A stretch of DNA of 64,000 nt, from positions 35,154,001-35,218,000 of the forward strand of contig OX597824.1 in NCBI GenBank assembly GCA_951406725.2. The letters run 5' to 3'. Source of the stretch: Octopus vulgaris. Lineage: Eukaryota. How positions within the stretch are numbered: the stretch's first letter is position 1; each line of letters begins with the position of its first letter. The notes under the pieces are model-generated. The model was not told where the DNA came from. It made no database searches and saw only the letters and a program-made list of their open reading frames with translations. Positions 38,365 through 51,298 of the stretch are shown here, one piece after another. The position numbers and the translations under genes are program-made.

Positions 38365-39216
38365 CTTTGTTTAACCTGATTAGATTAATTGGGTCGACAT
38401 TTTGTAAAAAATGTGAAGCTATTCAGTTAACGGGTAACATTTAACTTTTTGCTTGTTTCATTCATTAGACTGTGCCGTGCTGAGGCACCACCTTAAAGAT
38501 CTTTTCATCAAACGGATTGATTCCAGTACTTATTTTTTTAAACCCAGGACTTATTCCATCATTCTCTTTTGCTGAACCAGCGTGTTAATGATTCTGCCCC
38601 TTCGACGCTTTACTACAACAAAACTACAGCTCATTGATTTACTGGAATGAAATACATTTCTCTTTACGTTAATAGAAAGCGAAATTTGAGTGAAGGACTT
38701 GCAAGGGAGACAACTGTAGAAAACGCAAAAGTAATTTCCCTTGCATCATTTTTTTTTCTCATATCTTAAAGGAATCAATTCTATAACACAAGGACTTTAC
38801 TTTTTTATGATACAAAGGACTTTTTTGAATCTATCTATAGTTGCAAACATTCTTTTTAACGGAGTAGCCAGTTTTTGACAATTATAGATATCTCGTAAGT
38901 AAACTTGATACTTTCTTTGAATTTTAAAATGTTATGAATTAAAATAAATGAATACGGTTTTTGAGAAAATTAATGATTCTTTTTCTAGAATCTTTTTTAT
39001 TGTTTGACTTATTTCTATAGAGTAAATAAATACAATTTTACTACTCGTTACCCATCTGTGTATGAATTTATTTTTATTTTCACTCCTTTTTTTATATATA
39101 GATATAAATCCTAGCTTATTACAAACAGGTTATTTTATAAATAATGTGTTTTTAGTAAGATATTACTTTTCATTTTATCATTACAAATCTTTTTACTAAA
39201 GTAATAAATAAATAGA

Positions 39217-39463
39217 TGCGCCCTTTTAAAGCCTAGCCAGGCTCATGGGCCCAGTTTCCCGGTTTCAATGGTGTATGTGTTCCCCACCTGGACGGGACAC
39301 CAGTCCATTGCAGCCTTACTCATTTTTTCCAGCTGAGTGAACTGGAGCAACGTGAAATGAAGTGTTTTGCTCAAGAACACAACGCGTCGCCCGGTCCAGG
39401 AATCGAAACCATAATCTTACTATCATGATGCTGAGACCCTAACCACTAAGCCACGCGTCTCCA
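39217..39463 (-). mobile_element. tRNA-headed V-domain-like SINE (family B); relatives at about 31990-32412, 42170-42482 and 61585-61790
   Basis: The minus strand reads GTGGCTTAGTGG...GTTTCGATTCC...TTGTGTTCTTGAGCAAAACACTTCATTTCACGTTGCTCCAG...CTGCAATGGACTGG. Confidence 0.75.
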
Positions 39464-39595
39464 CGTTTACTAAAGTATTCCCGCTGAATTCTTTTAGAAG
39501 TAAGAGTTACTGCCCTTCTTTTGCATAACCTTCGAATAATTTGACGTTATATAAAATATTGAAACACAGAAAAGACATTCGAGTAAAGAAATATA

Positions 39596-41520
39596 CAGTA
39601 GAACCTTACAAAACGAGAGCCTCATTGTACGATTAATTTGCTGTACGAGCGGAGGCTCGTGCGAGTTTTAGTACGAGTGAAAATCCGCAGTACGAGCAAG
39701 TTTCATACATGCGGCCGCTAGTCGGCACTGAGCTCGCTCACCTTCTCCCATCAAGCGCAGTCTCCGCTCGCTCAGTTCATGAGTTCATCTCGTTGTGACA
39801 GCATCCCTGTTGTGTTTTTCTCAGTGTTTTTATCTACTTTTGTGAATTTGTTGCTATTATTTTATGATAATTAGTTGTGCTAGCCACGGGTCCTAAGAAG
39901 GTTGGTGCAAAGGACAGTGCTGAAAAGAAAAAAAGTTAACTACGATAGAATTGAAGAACGAAATCATAGACAAACACGAGAGAGAAATGCTTGTAGTAGA
40001 TATAGCACGTCAACTCGGCCGAAGCACGTCGACGATCTGCACCATCCTGAAGAAAAATGACGAGATCAAGGTCGCTACAACAGCAAAGGGTGTCTCCAGG
40101 CTTTCTAAGCAACGTCCATCTGTCCACGAAAGGATGGAAAAATTGCTTCTCCTTAAGCAACTCGTAGGGGATATGATTACGGAGAACCTAATCTACGAGA
40201 AAGCTCGAGCGCTGTATGGGGATCTCCTGAAGCAGAAGCCTGGAACATCGATGGAGGAGACATCAGCAGACACATTTAAGGCCAGTCGCGGCTGGTTTGA
40301 TAATTTCAAGAAGAGGACGGGTGTTCATAGCGTCGTCAGGTATGGAGAAGCAGCGTGTTCTGACACGAAGGCAGCTGAAGATTTCTTGCTTGAATTCCGT
40401 CAGCTCATCACAGCTGAGGAGTACATCGCACAACAGATATTCAATTGTGACGAAACTGGCCTTTTTTTGGGGGAAAAAATGCCCAGAAGAACCTGCAGGG
40501 GAGAAGAAAATGCCAGGACATAAGCTTATGAAAGATAAACTAACTCTCGCCTTTTGTGCCAATGCATGTAGAAACTTGAAGATCAAGCTGCTCCTAGTCT
40601 ACCATTCCGAAAACCCACGAACGTTCAAGTAACACAATATCCTGAAGGATAAGCTGCAGGTCGTGTGAAGAGCAAACGTTAAAGCCTGGGTCACCAAGCA
40701 ATTCTTCTCCGAGTGGGTCAACCTTGTCTTCGGACCAGCAGTGAAAAAGTACCTTCTGGAGAACGATCTTCCTCTCAAGGCTCTCCTCATCCTCGACAAT
40801 GCTTCCGCTCACCCTCCTAATCTCGAAGATGATATCCAGGACGAATTTAAATTTATAAAAGTTCTGTACCTTTCACGTAACACCATAGGTGATTTCTAAT
40901 TTTAAGAAATTGTACATCAAACACCTGTTTCGTCGGTGGTTTGAAGTTACCGAAAATAAAAATCTAACCCTTCGTGAGTTTTAGAAGGAGCATTACAACA
41001 TTGTAAACTGCCTGAAAATCAGGCAGGGTGTTTCAAGGAGAACGCTGAATTCTTCATGGAGGAAACTGTGGCCTAACTGCGTTTCCAAAAGAGACTTCGA
41101 GGTATTTGAATCTGAGATGCCTTCGTCGAGGAGATAGTGTCTCTTGGCCAGGCCATGGGCCTCGAAGTTGATGATGGGGACATTAACGATCTCGTTTAGG
41201 AACACTCAGAGGAGCTGACGACAGATGAACTCTTGCAGCTTCAGGAGCAGTAACATCTGGATGCAGTGGAAGAGATTGGTTCCCCGGAGAAGGACAATGT
41301 AGCAGAGAAGGTTATCTCTATGATTGACATAAAGGTAGTGTTGGCAAAACGGCAGTATGTTTCTGAATTTGTAGATAAATATCATCCTGAAAAAAGTAGC
41401 TACAGATCGTGCAGCTTCTTAAGTTAATGATGCTGTTCTGGAGCATTTTCGTAACATTTCGTAATATTTTGAAAGGCAGGAAAAAGCAGACTTCTCTTCA
41501 TATGTTTCTAATGAAACGGT
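39596..41520 (+). mobile_element. Tigger/pogo DNA transposon, decayed, right TIR not found
   Basis: The left end is TA|CAGTAGAACC. The element encodes a CENP-B HTH plus DDE transposase remnant. Confidence 0.85.
39886..41520 (+). pseudogene. Tigger/pogo (TIGD-like) transposase pseudogene
   Basis: The start codon is mutated (ACG GGT CCT AAG AAG). Motifs include TIELKNEIIDKHE, FKASRGWFDNFKKR, QIFNCDETGLF, KLLLVYHSENPR and ALLILDNASAHP. There are multiple frameshifts and stops. Confidence 0.88.
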
Positions 41521-43368
41521 ACGGTTAAAGACTAGACTGGACACAGTAATTGTCTGGATACAATAATTGCCAGACTCAGAAAGGGTTGAACTGAACCCCG
41601 TCTGCGGGGCACCACTCTGATTTAAGTCAGAGTTATTTCCCTTGGCCTTCTATTTTCATCAACAGCCCAGGGGCCGGGAGATTATTTGCTTCTGACATGG
41701 GGGTCTGTCTATGAATATCGTACATCATTGTTTTAATTACAATATAGTGGGTGACAAAGTAAATTTAAACTTTTCAATTCCCTAAGCAAATATTCTGACT
41801 ACAACTAGTAGCTCTTTACTTCCAATGGTATCACTGTGTGTTCAACCACTAACTCAGTAATTTTATGACTTCCATAAACGATGACTGTTCTCGGTTCATC
41901 CGTTCTTATAAAAAGTTTAGCTTGTGTCATGCTAGGTTTCTAGCAACTCTCCTCACAAGACCACCATGGTGTGAGAGATGCTTTAGTTACAGACAGCCCG
42001 ACCACGTTATAGTTTGTACTAGATCATATAGTTTCAGAAAAACTCACCAGTTGCCTGACACCGTGATGTCGTTTTACTTAATGCGTCAATACTATGATAT
42101 TGGTAACACTAACGGATGGACAATGTGATATCGTCACTAGTATATAAACAATGTGATATCGTCAATAGCAAATAGACTGACACGCTATCAGTTACGACAA
42201 CGAGGATTTCAGTTCATCCGATCAACGGAACAGCCTGCTTGCGAAGGTAGCAGGGCTGTCTACAGACACGCATACTCTTAATGTAGCTCTCAGGGATATT
42301 CAGCGTGAGACAGAATGAGTTAAAGCTGGCTCTTTGAAATACAAGTCCAACTAATTTTTGCCAGATGAATGAACTGGAGCAACATGAAATAAAGTGTCTT
42401 GCTCAAGGATATTATGGCCGCTGAGTATAAACCTTACGATCGCGTACCAAACACCCTAACCACTTAATCACGCGCCTTCACATAGCAAACAGACAATGTG
42501 ATATGTGATAGCATATAGACTATATGATACGTCCTGTTCTTGTCACTTTTTTTCTTCTTTTTTTTTTACGCCTCTGCAAAAGAATTTTATTTAATTCCTT
42601 TTGCAGGAAGGATTATTTCGGCCGGATCGTGTTCTGCCCTTACCTTCGAAACACGTATTGAGTCGAACCAGGGGCAGCTGATGAAGGGGAATATTCCTAG
42701 TATTGTTTGTCTTGTACGCTGTTTTTTCGTTGTTAAAAAAAGTCCGTTTCCTTGTTTGTTTTTATGTTTTCGTTTCTCGTTGTGTTCTACGTTTATTTGT
42801 GGTGTCCTGTACTCATATATATATATATGCATGTATATATACATATAGATGTAGGTATGTACATATATGTATGTATGTATGCATATGTTTTATTTGTTAA
42901 ATTGTTTTTATATGATATCATCACTGGACACTGCAGCATTAGCAGATTAACTCTTTTTAAAGCACTCAAATTTTAATACTATGAATTGACACCGTCATAT
43001 TTCCACTCTGCTGGGATTGATATTAACATATGGATACTTTATAATTGACACTAAAATACAGACATTGTCAAAGTGACACGAAGGAATTGACAGTGCAGTT
43101 TGGGTTTTGACATATTGACACTGTAATATTGATATTGATGTATAAATAGTTCGGTATTCATACAAAACTATGGATATTGTTATATTGACGTACTCATAGA
43201 AATTTTGTAGAATTAATACCAACATATAAACAGTCATATTGACGTAAATACATAGACGGAGATATATTAGTACTAAATTCTGCAATATTGACACAAACAT
43301 ATCAAAACTATGATATTGATAATATGTAGAGATGAGAGATTAAAACTTATATAGATATTTGCTAATTA

Positions 43369-43568
43369 TGTGTGTGTGTGAGTGTGTGTGCATGTGCATG
43401 TGTGTATGTATGCATGCATGCATGTATGTATGTATGTATGTATGTATGTATGTATGTATGTATGTATGTATGTATGTATGTATGTATGTACGTACGTACG
43501 TACGTATGTATGTATGTATGTATGTATGTATGTATGTATGTATGTATGTATGTATGTATGTATGTATG
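43369..43568. repeat. (TATG)n microsatellite (others at 43872-44040, 54920-54975 and 55075-55167)
   Basis: Direct reading. Confidence 0.95.
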
Positions 43569-43575
43569 TTTGTGC

Positions 43576-43870
43576 GGAGGCGCAATAGCCCAGTGGTCAG
43601 GGCAGTGGACTCGCGGTCAGAGGATCGCGGCTTCGATTCTTAGACCGGGTGTTGTGTGTGTTTACTGAGTGAAAACACCTAAAGCTTCACGTGGTTCCGG
43701 CAGGGGGTGGTGGTGACCCCTGTTGCACTCTTTCGCCCCGACTTTCTCTCACTCTTTCTTCCTTGTTTCTTGAGTAACGCTGCGATGGACTGGCGTCCCG
43801 TCCAGCTGGGGGGAACACATACGCCACAGAAACCGAGAAACCGGCTAGGCTTGAAAAGGGCGCATAAAAA
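43576..43870 (+). mobile_element. tRNA-Arg-like-headed SINE (family A) with V-domain-like tail
   Basis: Head GGAGGCGCAATAGCCCAGTGG...GGAC-TCG-CGGTC...TTCGATTC, and tail CTGCGATGGACTGGCGTCCCGTCCAG. Arg-tRNA SINEs (OR1/OR2) are described from octopus, but identity with them was not verified. Confidence 0.78.
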
Positions 43871-44040
43871 ATGTATGTATGTATGTATGTATGTATGTAT
43901 GTATGTATGTATGTATGTATGTATGTATGTATGTATGTATGTATGTATGTATGTGTGTATGTGTGTATGTGTGTATGTGTGTTTGTGTGTATGTATGTAT
44001 GTATGTATGTATGTATGTATGTATGCATGCATATATGTAT

Positions 44041-44572
44041 GTAACATGTAACCCAGTACAACCTGTTGCATGGTCGGGTCGTCGGTGACTAAACTGGCAA
44101 CCCCACCAAGCTTGCTTGGTGAGAAGGGTGTTTATTGGACACCCTGCGGGATGAAAAACAAAACCCGTCAAAGGGCGGAGGAACTCTTGAGAGTCAACGG
44201 CCATCCAATAAATGTCTTAAAGCTGTATCATGCGCGGGGACAGAGAAATAATCGGACTGAATACCCGATCGCGCGGTTAAACCATTGGGAGTGAAGGACC
44301 CCCAGCCTTTGTTAGGGCATCCTTCTAGGAGAAGGTAACTCAGGTAACTGGGATAACTCCGACATAAAACTGCGGCTCAGTGGTTGCCGACGATGTTGAC
44401 TTGTTCTTCTTTTCGGATTATTGCTGCTGTTGCTTAGTGAGAGGGATTGACTCAGTGCACAGCCTTTCCTCACTTTAAAAAAAATCTTTATGCACAAGCA
44501 TTGCACGATAACAACATTGATTAAGCTACGTGCAATGGCCATACTCGATAACGAGGGGGGGCAGCCACCACC
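44041..44572 (+). mobile_element. Short non-coding retroelement, probably an RTE-derived bipartite element
   Basis: It is near-identical to 55197-55671. It contains AGGGCATCCTTCTAGGAGAAGGTAACTC, which resembles RTE 5'UTR motifs, has no tRNA head, and lies in (TATG)n. Confidence 0.65.
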
Positions 44573-45071
44573 ATGTATGTATCTATGTTCTGTTCTGTTT
44601 TTAATTATCTAAATTCTTCCTCTGAGGAAGGAGCTGGTTTCTAAGACACAAAGCTCCATCGTTAGAATGTAAATAGCAAAATCAAAGTCACATCTTAAAC
44701 CCGAGAAAATTTGCATATTTGTATGCATGCAAGCGTGCGTGTATGTATGCGTGTATGTACGTACGTGTTTATTTGTGTATAAACGTGCGTTTACGATTTA
44801 TTACGTTTTTCTATATTTTCCATCCGGAGTTACTTCCCTTAGACCTTGCGCTGTGGTATCGTTTAAGCTATTTATTTTCGGTTAATAATCATGTTTTGTT
44901 AATATCGATAGTGATTTGGAACGAACACGAATTGGACGATATATATATGTATGCAATGTTGTGTGTGTGTGTGTGTGGGGGGGAGTATTTCTGGAAATGT
45001 AAAAAATATTTATGGTGTATTCCAGCTTTAGTAGCAGATTGTATTAGATTGGAAAGAAAGTCCTGTTGATT

Positions 45072-45073
45072 TC

Positions 45074-45128
<55 letters not shown>

Positions 45129-45760
45129 AATTATTGTATACAGTGCTCAGGTGCACCACAACTTGTCAGAAAGTGCGTATAGAGTATATGCAGTAATGTA
45201 GAAATGTCTGGAAAGCGAACAATGTATGAGTCAGATACATGCTTGAGTGTGTATGGAGGGGAGAAAATCAGGTGTAGTGTTGGCGAATTTCAGAAAGCAT
45301 GGATGTTTTGAAGGATGCAGTGCTCCGACAACTAACAACTGATGCCGGCAGTTTGTTCCATGCTTCAGCGACTCTCAGCGTGAAAAAATGTTTCCGAAAG
45401 TCATGGGAGCTGTGCTGTTTTCTGACTTTGTAAATATGTCCACAGGTGTTGGACGGGTGGAGTTTGAAAAGGTGCTCAGAGTTATTGTTTGTAAGATGGT
45501 TGATAATTTTATGGGTGTCTGCCAAGTCAGCTGCCAGACGTCGGAGTTTCAATGTGTCCATGCCCAGGGAGGTAAAGCGTTCAGAATATGGAAAATGCCT
45601 GATGGAGGGTATTCTTTTGGTTTCACGTCGCTGAACGGCTTCCAGACGATTGATATCCTGGGCAAGATAGAGGTTCCAGACCGGTGATGCAAATTCCAGG
45701 TGAGGTCTTACCATAGCTATATAAAGCCGCAGATAGATAGTCGGAGAACGGCTCACAAAG
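45072..45760 (-). mobile_element. CR1/L2-clade LINE 3' end with (ATT)n tail
   Basis: ORF 45268-45756 has LYIAMVRPHLEFASPVW...LEAVQRR...FFTLRVAEAWNKLP. The (AAT)n tract is at 45072-45125. A short 3' remnant of the same family lies at about 63335-63372 (+). Confidence 0.88.
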
Positions 45761-45907
45761 GATTGATGACAAACAAATAAATGCTTTTTGGACCTTAGTT
45801 GATATATTTAATCAAGACGTTTCCCTTCATATTATACCTTTAGGTATACAATTCTTCCAGATTTGAAACAAAGGAACACTCAACATCACTTTTAACTTCT
45901 AAACAAT

Positions 45908-46106
45908 GCAGGAGTGGCTGTGTGGTAAGTAGCTTGTTTACCAACTACATGGCTCCGGGTTCAGTCCCGCTGCGTGGCACCTTGGGCAAGTGTCTTCTAC
46001 TATAGCCTCGGGCCGACTAAAGCCTTGAGAGTGGATTTGGTAGACGGAAACTGAAAGAAGCTCGTCGTATATATATATATATATATATATCAAGTACTCA
46101 CCCCGA

Positions 46107-46155
<49 letters not shown>

Positions 46156-46380
46156 TGTGTGTGTTTGTGTGTCTGTGTTTGTCCCCCTAGCATTGCTTGA
46201 CAACCGATGCTGGTGTGTTTATGTCCCCGTTACTTAGCGGTTCGGCAAAAGAGACCGATAGAATGAGTACTGGGCTTACGAAAGAATAAGTCCTGGAGTC
46301 GAGTTGCTCGATTAAAGGCGGTGCTCCAGCATGGCCGCAGTCAAATGACTGAAACAAGTAAAGAGTAAGAAAGAGTAAAG
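45908..46380 (+). mobile_element. tRNA-derived SINE family C, full copy with internal microsatellite
   Basis: A box-like TGGCTGTGTGG, B box-like GGTTCAGTCCC, body GGATTTGGTAGACGGAAACTGAAAGAAG, and a tail ending GACTGAAACAAGTAAAGAGTAA. Confidence 0.85.
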
Positions 46381-46983
46381 ATGATTGTCAGATGGGGTAA
46401 GGTATGGAGAGTTTGAAGGATGAGGCAAAACTTATTGCTATAAGCTTTCCCTAAGTTACTTAGACAATATGTGTAACAGGATCTTTGTCCTTGGGTTGCA
46501 GCTGTAATTTCTTATTTGCTTACCCCTAGAAAGTATGAAAAATGGCTAATATTTCCTTCAAACTTTGCTTTTCTTACATTTATTCAAACCCTAAAAAATC
46601 CCTCTCAGTACATGGATATGGTGCTCCCCCAACAACTCCTGCTCAAGATCAGAGATGCACATATTGTCAGCCACTAAGGGACAAGCTCAAGTGCATGAGG
46701 TCAAGCAACTGACAAAGAAACATGTGGTACTGAGCAGAATATTTGCTATAATGATATTTCTGCTTCAGCAATTCAACGCCGAACCTGTCTGAAATGTAAT
46801 GAAAAAGAGGCCAGTTTTAAAACATTGATGTCCAGGTTCCAAAGGCAAAAGTTTGAAGAGAACAGTAGTCATTTCCTTTGATCTCTAGATTGAAGCAAAT
46901 AGGAAATAACACTTACTCACCAAAGCAATAAATAAATAAATAAAAATTTTGTTACAGAGTGTTAGCGTAGAAGAGCAACACTC

Positions 46984-47637
46984 GGATCTTTTCCTTTTGA
47001 ACGGCAGACAATTTCTAGTTAACTAAACACTTTAAAACTTCGTATACTGGTAGAATGTGTCAAAATAAAACATTTTTTCTCTTGGCTTTCTTGAGAAAAT
47101 TGTAATTTGTTTGTTTAACGTAGTTTAATTTTTCGAATTTTAACCAATCCTATGCTCTCTTTTGAGCTAAAATCATTTGCTGCGTCTAAAACTGAGACAA
47201 CATCCTGTAACTAACCCTAAACCTCCCCCTAACCATAACCCTAATCCTATATTTTTTTTCTTAATTGTTAAATTAATTTAATTGTTACGCGTGTAAAAAA
47301 AACTAAAGCAATGGAATTAAATTAATTTAGCAATTAAGAAAAAAAAATTTAGGGTTAGGGTTAGGGTTAGAGGGGAGGTTAATTAAGGGTTAGTTACAAG
47401 ATGTTGTCTCAGTTTTAGACGCATCAAATGATTTTAGTTGAATGGAGGTAATCGATTAGTTAAAATTGCCGAAATGCTCGGATTTTCAGACGAAATATCT
47501 TACAAACTATAGAATTTTCTCAATAAAACCAAGAGAAAATGATGTTTTATAAACACATTCTACCAGTATACGAAGTTTAAAAGTGTTTAGTTAACTAGAA
47601 ATTGTGTTGACATCTGCCGTTCAAAAGGAAAAGATCC
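46984..47637. mobile_element. Foldback MITE, same subfamily as 37712-38364 in the opposite orientation
   Basis: TIR GGATCTTTTCCTTTTGAACGGCAGA, with TSD CAACACTC at 46976-46983 and 47638-47645. It has internal CCCTAA/TTAGGG repeats. Confidence 0.88.
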
Positions 47638-48071
47638 CAACACTCCTTAGCGACTGACCAATCATTGGTGTTTTATTATTTTTTTTTCTATTTTTTTTTG
47701 TGCAATGCTTCCAGTTGACAACAATACACTGAAACTATGAGGTAGTCAGTAGCATGTGCACACTGTCATATAGACACTGTGATATAGGTGCTAGCATACA
47801 GCCACTGTAATGTTAGGCAATAACAAATAGACAATATGATATTACCGCCAACTTAGAGGTACAAGCGTTTTAGCACTAACACAAATAATAAAATAACACA
47901 CATAATGATAGGCATTAACACAGTGTGGTAACGAGCATATATTCTGAGTCAGGCAATCGTAGAAAGACTGTGTAGTGTTAGTGCTAACAGAAGGACACTA
48001 AGATAGAAACATGAACGTATGGAGAATTAGATATTAGCTCTTGTATAGATATGCAGGGATTTTGATACCTT

Positions 48072-48301
48072 TTTGTTTACTACCCACAAGGGGCTAAACA
48101 TAGAGCGGACAAACAAGGACAGACAAACGGATTGAGTCGATTACATCGACCCCAGTGCGTAACTGGTACTTAATTTATCGACCCCGAAAGGATGAAAGGC
48201 AAAGTCGACCTCGGCGGAATTTGAACTCAGAATGTAACGGCAGATGAAATACGGCTATGCATTTCACCCGGCGTGCTAACGGTTCTGCCAGCTCGCCGCC
48301 T
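48072..48301 (-). mobile_element. Meta-core SINE copy (others at about 48884-49030, 49250-49645, 50555-50760, 51058-51270, 54420-54647 and 59862-60018)
   Basis: GGTACTTAATTTATCGACCCCGAAAGGATGAAAGGC...TTTGAACTC...CTGCCAGCTCGCCGCC. Confidence 0.85.
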
Positions 48302-48560
48302 TTGGCGTGCTAATGGTTTTGATACCAACATACTAACACTGTGATAATTGCAACAGCATACAGATCCAATAATAGTCTAACTAAGATATAGACATTCTGT
48401 TATTAGTACTATGATATGAAAACTATGATAAGGGCAACAGTATACAGGCAGTGACGAGATAAGCACTAATGCATAGATACTTTTGGATTAGAGTCATCAT
48501 ATTAACAGACTGGCAACAGCATATCGATATTGTGTTATTCACACAAATATATTAATACTG

Positions 48561-48868
48561 CGGAGGCGCAATGGCCTAGTGATTAGGGCATCGGACTCGT
48601 GGTAGTAAGATCGCGGTTTCGATTCCCAGACCGGGCGTTGTGAGTGTTTATTGAGCGAAAACACCTAAAGCTCCACGAGGCTCCGGCAGGGGGTCGTGGT
48701 GGTCCCTATGTACTCTTTCGTCACAACTTTCTCTCACTCTTTCTTCTGTTGGCCTGCTCGCTTAGCCAGCGGGGTGGCGTCACTTGATGGCTAAAACAAT
48801 GTGAAGCGCATTGTGACCAGCGATGTGCAGCAACATCTGATAGTCTGGTCGGTCACGTGATCACGTGA
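48561..48868 (+). mobile_element. SINE family A head with alternative tail
   Basis: Same head and body as 43576, but the tail ends GGTCGGTCACGTGATCACGTG. Confidence 0.78.
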
Positions 48869-51298
48869 TATTAATATTGTAAAGACGGCGAGCTGGCAGA
48901 ATCGTTAGCACGCCGAGCAAGGTGCTTAGCCTCTACGTTCTGAGTTCAAATTCCGCCGAGGTTGACTTTGTACCAGTTGAGCATTGGGGTCGATTTAACC
49001 GACTTAGCCCCTCTTCCAAAACTGGCGGCATTATTAATACTGTGATATTGGCGCAAACATATCGATATAGTACTGTGTTATTAGTTCTAATCTAAAGTCA
49101 CTTTGATATTGTGACTAATACAAAAACACTTTGGGCATTGGCACTAATATAGACATAATGCTATTAGCACCAATATATACTTTGATACTTTGATAGGTTT
49201 CGGCCATTATTGGCCCAGGCCATGTCTAACTTAATAGCACCACCTGGTGCTATAGGTACAAGGTTTGAAATTTGGAGGAATGGGGATAATCGATTACATC
49301 AATCCCAGTGCTCAACTGGTATTTCGTTTATCGACCCCGAAAAGATGAGAAGTAAAGTTGACCTCGACAGAGTTTGAGCTCTGAACGAAAGATGGATGAA
49401 ATGTCGCTAAGTATTTTGTCCGACCTATCAACGATTCTGCCAACTCGCTGCCTTAGCCATTGTAATATTGGTTTCAAGTTGATTACATTGATCCCAGTGT
49501 CCAACTGGTACTCATTTTATAGATCCTGCAAGGATGAAAGGCAAAGTCGACCTCGGCGGAATTTGAACTCAGAACGTAAAGACGGACAAAATTCCACTAA
49601 GAATTTTGCCCGGCATGCTAACGATTCTGCCAGCTCGCTGCCTTAGCCATTGTAATATTGGCAGCAACATATAGATATTGTTCTATATACAGATATGGTA
49701 ATGTTGGAGGTAGCATATAAACAAACTACTATTGGTGATACAAACACTATGCTATAAGTACTAACACATTAACACTGCTATATTGACTCTAACACATTGC
49801 CACTGTGATTATCAACACTGACATATAGACATTGTGGTATTGGCATCATTATAAAGACACTGTAGTGTTGACAGTAAAATATAAACCTAAATAATGAACA
49901 TCTTTATTGCAACCAAACATGGGAAATCTCTGGACAGCCAGAAAATCCAATCCTTCTCTGCCAGTTTGAAAACTTTGACTGAACAGAAAATGATTGTGTG
50001 TGCTGGTGGGGATATACAACAACTCGAGCGAACAGCCAGCCACGTCACCAGAGACATAGCGCTAGTTTACTACATACGAACGTGACTAATCGCTATTTGA
50101 TTTTTCTTTTGGAGCAGTGGTCTCTTTTAGAGTATATTTTTGGGTTTGTTTTATAGAAATCATTATGTTTATTTGCTTTGCCGTTCTTTTAATATAAAAA
50201 GAAGGAGAAAAAAGCCAGACAGGAGATCTGCTGTCGAAGATTTTAGGACGGATTTATTTGGATTAGCCTCTAGTTAAGTTGTTGTTTATTTGTTAGGGGA
50301 GGGCGTTGCTTTCTGGGACTAAAACTGGTTTATCTTCCAAGTTCACAGTAAAACTATTTCTGATCTGGAACTTTGTTAGAGATCAGAGAAGTGTTGGAAG
50401 CAAGTAGATGAATTACTTAAACTTTTGATGAAAATGGTATTCTTTTGTGAAACGCTGGGTCTTTATATTACATACATACTGGCAGCAACGAAATATACTA
50501 TCAAGAGAAAGAAAAAATCAAGAAAATGGTAAATTATATAGAAAAGTTAATATTGGTTTCAGATTTTGACACAAGACCAGCAAGTTCAGGCGAAGGGTAA
50601 GTCGACTACACCGACTTCAGTGCTCAACTGGTACTTATTTCATCGATACCGAGAGGATAAAAAGAAAAGTGGACATCGGCGGAATTTTGAACTCAGAACA
50701 TAAAGATACGCTGCTAAACATTTTTTCCGGGATACCAACGATTCCGCTAGGTGACCACCTTACATAGGTAAGTTAATATCATATATAAGAAGCATTTGTT
50801 GACACTGTGAAATAAATTAAAATAAACAGCTAGATCAAAGAAAGCCAAAGTGTTCTAGTGTTTAGAAATTATAAGGTTTTTATTGAAGAAATGCGTTGTA
50901 TAAGACCACAGCTGGTCGAATGGAAAAGCTGTCGGGTCATTGACTGAAAACGATGTACGCTATCACCTTCCTGAAAATAAGATTTACGGACAGATACAAT
51001 TACCAGCGACCAGCTTTGTATTACCTATCATTTGATATGTAATATTTATATTACGTAAGGAGGCGAGCTGGCAGAATCGCTAGCATGCCAGTCTAAATGC
51101 TTAGTAGCATTTCGTCCATCTTTACTTTCAAAATTCAATTTCTGTCGAGGTCGACTTTGTTTTTCATCCTTTTCGATAAAACAAGCGCCAGTTGAACACT
51201 GAGGTTGATGTAATCACTTTACCTCCTCTACCGAAATAATTGCTGGCCTTGTGCCAAAATTTGAAACCAATATTTATATTATGCAATAAAAGATTATC

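Larger units (their letters stand above)
47720..49870 (+). repeat. Ancient degenerate tandem repeat of about 28 bp, interrupted by SINEs
   Basis: Recurrent units resemble ACACTGTGATATTGGCACTAACATATAG. A related field lies at about 42085-43325. Confidence 0.6.

Noticed and set aside
39951-40523. Domesticated TIGD/CENP-B-like gene
   Set aside because: The start codon is lost, there are many frameshifts and stops, and a TIR remains, so it is a dead transposon.
43576-43650. tRNA-like sequences with A and B boxes
   Set aside because: They lack a proper acceptor stem and continue into shared SINE bodies, so they are SINE heads, not tRNA genes.
44140-44370. Possible permuted twister ribozyme (AAAGGGCGGAGG ... 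TAACTCCG)
   Set aside because: The conserved L4 loop is absent and the halves are about 170 nt apart. Not supportable by eye.
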